DNA from: Waterburya sp.
GTDB taxonomy: Bacteria; Cyanobacteriota; Cyanobacteriia; Cyanobacteriales; Xenococcaceae
Length of the DNA: 64,000 nucleotides
Direction: 5' to 3'
Assembly: GCA_965217895.1 (NCBI GenBank)
Contig: CBDCJV010000002.1
Location: 576,001-640,000 of the forward strand
In this document: positions 60,401 to 64,000 of the stretch, piece by piece
Layout of the letters: every line of letters starts with the position of its first letter
How positions within the stretch are numbered: the stretch's first letter is position 1
Notes under the pieces: model-generated
What the model was told of the DNA's origin: nothing
Databases searched by the model: none
What the model saw: only the letters and a program-made list of their open reading frames with translations
Program-made: the position numbers and the translations under genes

Positions 60401-63400
60401 TGTTTTGTTGTTTGAGTTTAGCAAAAGCGCGATCGTAGACTGCTATTTCTGATGCCAATTGGGTAAGTTCTTTGCCGACAAAAGCTGAATGAAACGAGTA
60501 GATATAGGCACAGGTAGTTCCATAGTATAAATCTCCCATTTCTAAGCCGATTTGATAGGCAGACTGTAGCGATCCTAGTGAGTTTGTGACTAGTTCTTTC
60601 CAGATACTAATTGTCGTGGAAAATACCGCTGTTATCCTGGGTATAAGTTCTGATGTTTGTAATTCCTCAGCAATGTTTAAAGCCAGCCGTCCAAATTGAT
60701 AGCCTTGTTCGATTTCACCTACTACACCACAGAGAATTAGCCCATAATTGACATAAGCAAAAGCAGATAAAGAAGTGTTTCCCGATTGGATCGATAAGTT
60801 AACTTGCTTAGATACCATTATTGGTAAAAGTTGAGGCGCAGCAATAAAGATTGAAGAAAAGAGCGAACTGGCTATTTTCATCACGGCTAATTTCTCTGGA
60901 TCGGTCATTGGCGGTAAATTGACTAGATCCTCAATTTGTTTACCCGCTAAATTGGTTTGAGTTTTTGCCAGTTCTTGTTGAACGTCTAATAACTGAGGGA
61001 ATTCTGGCAAAGTGAACTCTAAATTCTCCAGGATAGATAGAGCCATCTGAATTGCTTTTAAGTCTTGATTTTGTGCCTGGTAAGCTTCCAGCTTGACTTG
61101 ATAAACTTTGACTCGATCTAGCAAAGTCTGCGCCTTTTGCAGCACTACTGAAGCGAAATGCTGCATCTGCTCGAAATCGCCCCCCAAATAAGCTACTTCT
61201 GCTGCTTCTGAGTAGAGAGCTAAGGTAAGATCGTAGTCAGTTTGCCAACTCTCAGCTAGCAAAAATTCTTGACCGATTTGAAAATACTTCAATGCTGCCT
61301 CATAAGCGTTGGCTGCCTTGGCTTTTTGTCCTGCCAGCAAATTTAGTCGAGCAATTTGATTTCTCTCTGGGCGATCGCCAATAAGCTGCTGTCCTAGATT
61401 GAGATGATCGACAATTTTAAAGATCTTGTCGGATAATTCTTCAGGTTCTGTATTCTCCCAAAGTAAGCGACCGATTTTTAGGTGAATAGCCAGCTTTTGC
61501 TGTTGATCGATTAGATCGTAAGCCGCTTGTTGAATGCGATCGTGTCCAAATTTATAATTTTGAATTAATAGTTGTTCATCTAATTCTGATAAAGGGATAA
61601 TTAAACCTGCATTAATTGTTGGGGTTAAGTTTTCAAACAGCAACTCAGCCATTTTGTCGCTAATAAGGGCAATAGTGTTTAAGTCAAATTCTGCCCCAAT
61701 ACAAGCGGCCAAACTCAATACCTCTTGGGTAGATGGAGGCAATTTTTGCATTTTGCCTATCATGAACTTGACCATATTATCGGTATTCTCGATCCTTTCG
61801 ATCTGTTTGAGATCCCATTGCCAATATCCTTGGGGATTTGCAGCATTGAATACCAGCAAATTATCTTGATAGATACTTTTGAGAAATTCATTGACAAAAA
61901 AAGGATTGCCGTTGGTTTTTTGTCTGACTAATTGAGCAAGCGATCGCACGTATTCTCGTTCACTATTTAACGTATCGGCAATTAACTCCTTAATCTGCTG
62001 AACAGCTAGAGGTTTTAAGACAATTTGATTGACTATTGCTCCTTCTCGGCGCAATTTGTCGAGAGTAATGCTCAAGGGATGGACAGGGGTAATCTCGTTA
62101 TCTCGATAAGAACCGATTAAAAACAGGTGATTAAGCTCGCTATCGAGCATGATTAGCTCAATCAACTTGAGACTGGCAGAGTCTGCCCACTGCAAATCAT
62201 CGAGAAAGATAACTAAAGGATGCTTAGAGTCGCAAAAAACACGGATAAAGTTTTTAAAAACCAAATTAAAGCGATTTTGGGCTGCTGTTGCCGTCAATTT
62301 TGATAATTTTGGCTGTTTACCAATAATTAATTCTACTTCGGGAATAACATCAACCATTACTTGACCGTTTATGCCTAAAGCGGTTAATAGCTTGTTGCGC
62401 CAGCGATTAAGTCTTGTCTTACTTTCCCCCAAGAGTTGTTTAACCAGATCGGCTAGGGCATCAACAACCGCAGAATAAGGAGTATTGCGCTGAAACTGGT
62501 CGAATTTACCAGAGATAAAATAGCCCTGTTTCTCAGTAATCGGTTTATAAATTTCTTGTACTAAGGTTGTTTTACCCACCCCAGAATATCCCGTAACCAA
62601 CATTAGTTCGGTTGGAGATGAGTTTAATTCTGTTGCTGCCACTCTCGCAAATGCTGCTAGTAAGGTAGAAATTTCTGACTCTCTGCCATAGAGTTTTTCA
62701 GGAATCTGAAATCTATTAGCCAAATCTTGCGTGGCGATCGCAAAATCCTCTATCTTACCTGTATCTAACTGTCTTAGGCATTCTGCCAAATCTGCCCGAA
62801 CACCATTAGCACTTTGATATCCCTCCTCGGCAGTTTTCGCCATTAGTTTCATGATTATTTTAGAAACAACAGCAGGAATATCAGGATTAATTTGCTGGGG
62901 AGATAACGCTTCTTTTGCTAGATGACAGTGGATTAACTCTAAAGCATCGGTTGTCTCAAAAGGCAATTGTCTGGTAAGCAGTTCGTAGAAAGTGACTCCC
63001 AAAGAATAAAGATCGCTGCGGTAATCGAGACTACGATTCATGCGCCCCGTTTGTTCGGGGGAAATATATGCCAAAGTACCTTCAAGTAGGTTGGGACTTT
63101 TTAGGCGAGGATTTTCCTGCTGAAGAATAGTAGCAATGCCAAAGTCAATAATTTTGAGTTGTCCTGTTGTCTGATTAAAGACAATATTGGCTGGGTTGAT
63201 ATCTTTGTGAATAACCTTGGCTGCATGAATCTTAGCCAAATTCTCAACTATCTGAATCCCCAGATCCAGAAATTCTGCTAATGTTAACGGTTTTTCCTCA
63301 ATCCATTTTTTTAAAGATATAGCCCCAAAATCTTCGAGAATAATAATTAAAGTTCTCCCATAGGATTCTAAACCATAAGCCTTAATTGCCCCAGCGAACT

Positions 63401-63584
63401 TGAGACTGCAAATAATCTTATATTCTTGCCGATAACGAGCGAGTTCTTGAGCCGTAGGATATTCTTGTTTGAGAACTTTGAAGATAACAGGCTGATTATC
63501 CGAGAAGCGAATCCCCTGATAAACTTCTGAGTTAAAGCTTTCATAAATTTTGGTCTGAACTTGGTAGCCAGTCAAAGTTATCAT
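57465..63584 (-). CDS. Multidomain Ser/Thr kinase, AAA ATPase, TPR-like, GAF, PAS, AAA_35 protein
   Basis: [61 protein letters not shown]...[29 protein letters not shown]. Confidence 0.9.
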   Translation of the reverse strand: MITLTGYQVQTKIYESFNSEVYQGIRFSDNQPVIFKVLKQEYPTAQELARYRQEYKIICSLKFAGAIKAYGLESYGRTLIIILEDFGAISLKKWIEEKPLTLAEFLDLGIQIVENLAKIHAAKVIHKDINPANIVFNQTTGQLKIIDFGIATILQQENPRLKSPNLLEGTLAYISPEQTGRMNRSLDYRSDLYSLGVTFYELLTRQLPFETTDALELIHCHLAKEALSPQQINPDIPAVVSKIIMKLMAKTAEEGYQSANGVRADLAECLRQLDTGKIEDFAIATQDLANRFQIPEKLYGRESEISTLLAAFARVAATELNSSPTELMLVTGYSGVGKTTLVQEIYKPITEKQGYFISGKFDQFQRNTPYSAVVDALADLVKQLLGESKTRLNRWRNKLLTALGINGQVMVDVIPEVELIIGKQPKLSKLTATAAQNRFNLVFKNFIRVFCDSKHPLVIFLDDLQWADSASLKLIELIMLDSELNHLFLIGSYRDNEITPVHPLSITLDKLRREGAIVNQIVLKPLAVQQIKELIADTLNSEREYVRSLAQLVRQKTNGNPFFVNEFLKSIYQDNLLVFNAANPQGYWQWDLKQIERIENTDNMVKFMIGKMQKLPPSTQEVLSLAACIGAEFDLNTIALISDKMAELLFENLTPTINAGLIIPLSELDEQLLIQNYKFGHDRIQQAAYDLIDQQQKLAIHLKIGRLLWENTEPEELSDKIFKIVDHLNLGQQLIGDRPERNQIARLNLLAGQKAKAANAYEAALKYFQIGQEFLLAESWQTDYDLTLALYSEAAEVAYLGGDFEQMQHFASVVLQKAQTLLDRVKVYQVKLEAYQAQNQDLKAIQMALSILENLEFTLPEFPQLLDVQQELAKTQTNLAGKQIEDLVNLPPMTDPEKLAVMKIASSLFSSIFIAAPQLLPIMVSKQVNLSIQSGNTSLSAFAYVNYGLILCGVVGEIEQGYQFGRLALNIAEELQTSELIPRITAVFSTTISIWKELVTNSLGSLQSAYQIGLEMGDLYYGTTCAYIYSFHSAFVGKELTQLASEIAVYDRAFAKLKQQNTLNYLKIYGQAVSNLIVSSENPCRLQGELYDESIMFSLHQSANDRYALCALYVNKLYLCCLFGEYHQGVADAIQAEQYLDGATATLLIPLFHFYDSLAHLAIYHSVAISQQQQILVRVAARKTKMQQWADRAPMNFLHKYYLIEAEQYRIQGFYLEAMDFYDRAIAIANENKYLNEEAFANELAAKFYLDWGKVKIAQVYLKEAYYLYSLWGATAKVEDLQVKYPQLLVTSAVTVSMTDKLRTTTSNTRSGEVLDLATIIKASQAISSEIVLDKLLARLMKILIESAGAQVGYLILETQGQLLIEASGSINEDVSVLESIPINGCLPSSIINYVARTRQTVLKNNAAREDSFNQDPYLKSHQTKSLLCTPLLDQGKVRGIIYLENNLIVGAFTQERLEILRVLSSQAAIAITNAKLYSELQSNQSRLAQFLEAMPVGVSVHELTGQTYYANQIAKKLGRESNASYDVKTEQLSEVYRVYQAGTEQLYPVAELPIARAIAGKTVKKDDLELHLPNKIMPLEVSATPIFDETGKIKYAIAAFADITERKHIEAERIQFTHELELKNVALQQAKDKLAESNRTLEQKVLERTQELSQTLEILKATQAQLLFENELLKSAEPDATFDYQVGGSLPMDAPTYVVRSADRRLYKALKRGEFCYVLNPRQMGKSSLMVRMMNHFQHDGYRCGAIDLTRIGSENITPEQWYKGFTVELWRSFGLLRAVNLKTWWKERADVSPVQRLSQFIEEILLQSASNNDSPKNIIIFIDEIDSVLGLNFPVNDFFALIRSCYNQRSLNPEYQRLTFAFFGVATPSDLMDDIQTTPFNIGQAIQLEGFKKHEAQPLLQGLSEKVTNPQTVLKEVLAWTNGQPFLTQKLCKLIRSDSSSIPTNAEAQWIENLVRTKIIANWESQDEPEHLRTIRDRLFKSKQSDRLLELYHQIIQQGEIVAVDSAEERELLLSGLAVKQQGTLKVQNRIYRSIFV

Positions 63585-63681
63585 GATTAATTACTTAAAA
63601 TTAAGTCTATAGAGAAGTTATTGAAAGGCTTAGAGCTTAGAGCTACCCTGAACCTCTAATTTTCTTAACTCGAAAGTAGCG

Positions 63682-64000
63682 TTAATTTACTTTTCGATTA
63701 AGAATATCACTGCGCCGATTGACAAAAAATTCATACGGGACTTTGACCACACTTCGCATAGCACACAAATATCTATTGACATTGTAATGAGATTGTCTGG
63801 GGCTAATTTGCTTAAAATACTCTGAATGCAAGGTAAAGCCAAAATTAACTGTCTTTGGTAGATGAAGTTTGGCAATAGGTCCTTGGTTGAGACAATCGGC
63901 AGCAAACAGCCAAACTTGAGAACCTTCGGGCGCAAAAACCGTAGCAAATATGTATCCTTTTTCGCCTTGAGGAATAAATTGAACGCTGTCTAAAATATAA
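63682..64000 (-). CDS. Carotenoid oxygenase (RPE65/lignostilbene dioxygenase family), 3' end
   Basis: Manual translation ...VQFIPQGEKGYIFATV...VWLFAADCLNQGPIAKL...FGFTLHSEY...*; a different frame from the ORF-track call. Confidence 0.75.
   Translation of the reverse strand, partial: YILDSVQFIPQGEKGYIFATVFAPEGSQVWLFAADCLNQGPIAKLHLPKTVNFGFTLHSEYFKQISPRQSHYNVNRYLCAMRSVVKVPYEFFVNRRSDILNRKVN

Noticed and set aside
1152..62364. Many short antisense or overlapping ORFs in the track (e.g. 1152-1430, 11963-12448, 58663-58965)
   Set aside because: They lie opposite or within well-supported genes and show no motifs.
63687..63947. 86-aa ORF from the track
   Set aside because: Shadow frame of the carotenoid oxygenase C-terminus that stops at 63682.

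Overview
A 64-kb cyanobacterial accessory region. The HIP1 octamer GCGATCGC and heptamer STRR repeats occur throughout, and it carries rogue psbA, hypC, DUF4327/DUF4278-like genes and a CBCR-type GAF domain. Blocks from left to right: (1) 1-9.7 kb, a polyol (sorbitol/mannitol) uptake and catabolism locus: smoEFGK-type ABC transporter, mannitol dehydrogenase, SDR and SorC-family regulator. (2) 9.7-16.8 kb, a dead IS4-family element plus MITEs, then a CBS-PAS-GAF(DXCF CBCR)-PAS-PAS-GAF-PAS histidine kinase with two receiver proteins. (3) 16.8-33.4 kb, a decaying plasmid/ICE-like block: tyrosine recombinase, RecD-like and strawberry-notch helicase pseudogenes, IS630, primase-like gene, an extra dnaN, two parA stubs with centromere-like repeats, four TA modules and orphan SAVED effectors. 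(4) 33.4-50.3 kb, a partly decayed stress/micro-oxic-type cluster (DHOD-like, pfkA, usp, crtI-like, hypC, rogue D1, hsp20, devBCA, CHAD) whose promoters share one direct-repeat box. (5) 51-64 kb, a vanadium haloperoxidase, a convergent pair of AAA_35 proteins and the end of a carotenoid oxygenase gene. The best novelty candidate is a 786-bp unit at 20480-21265: an uncharacterised 215-aa ORF bracketed by two inverted 44-bp palindromic sites. All family calls come from motif recognition by eye, with no database searches. Some frameshifts could be sequencing errors. No rRNA, tRNA or CRISPR array was seen.
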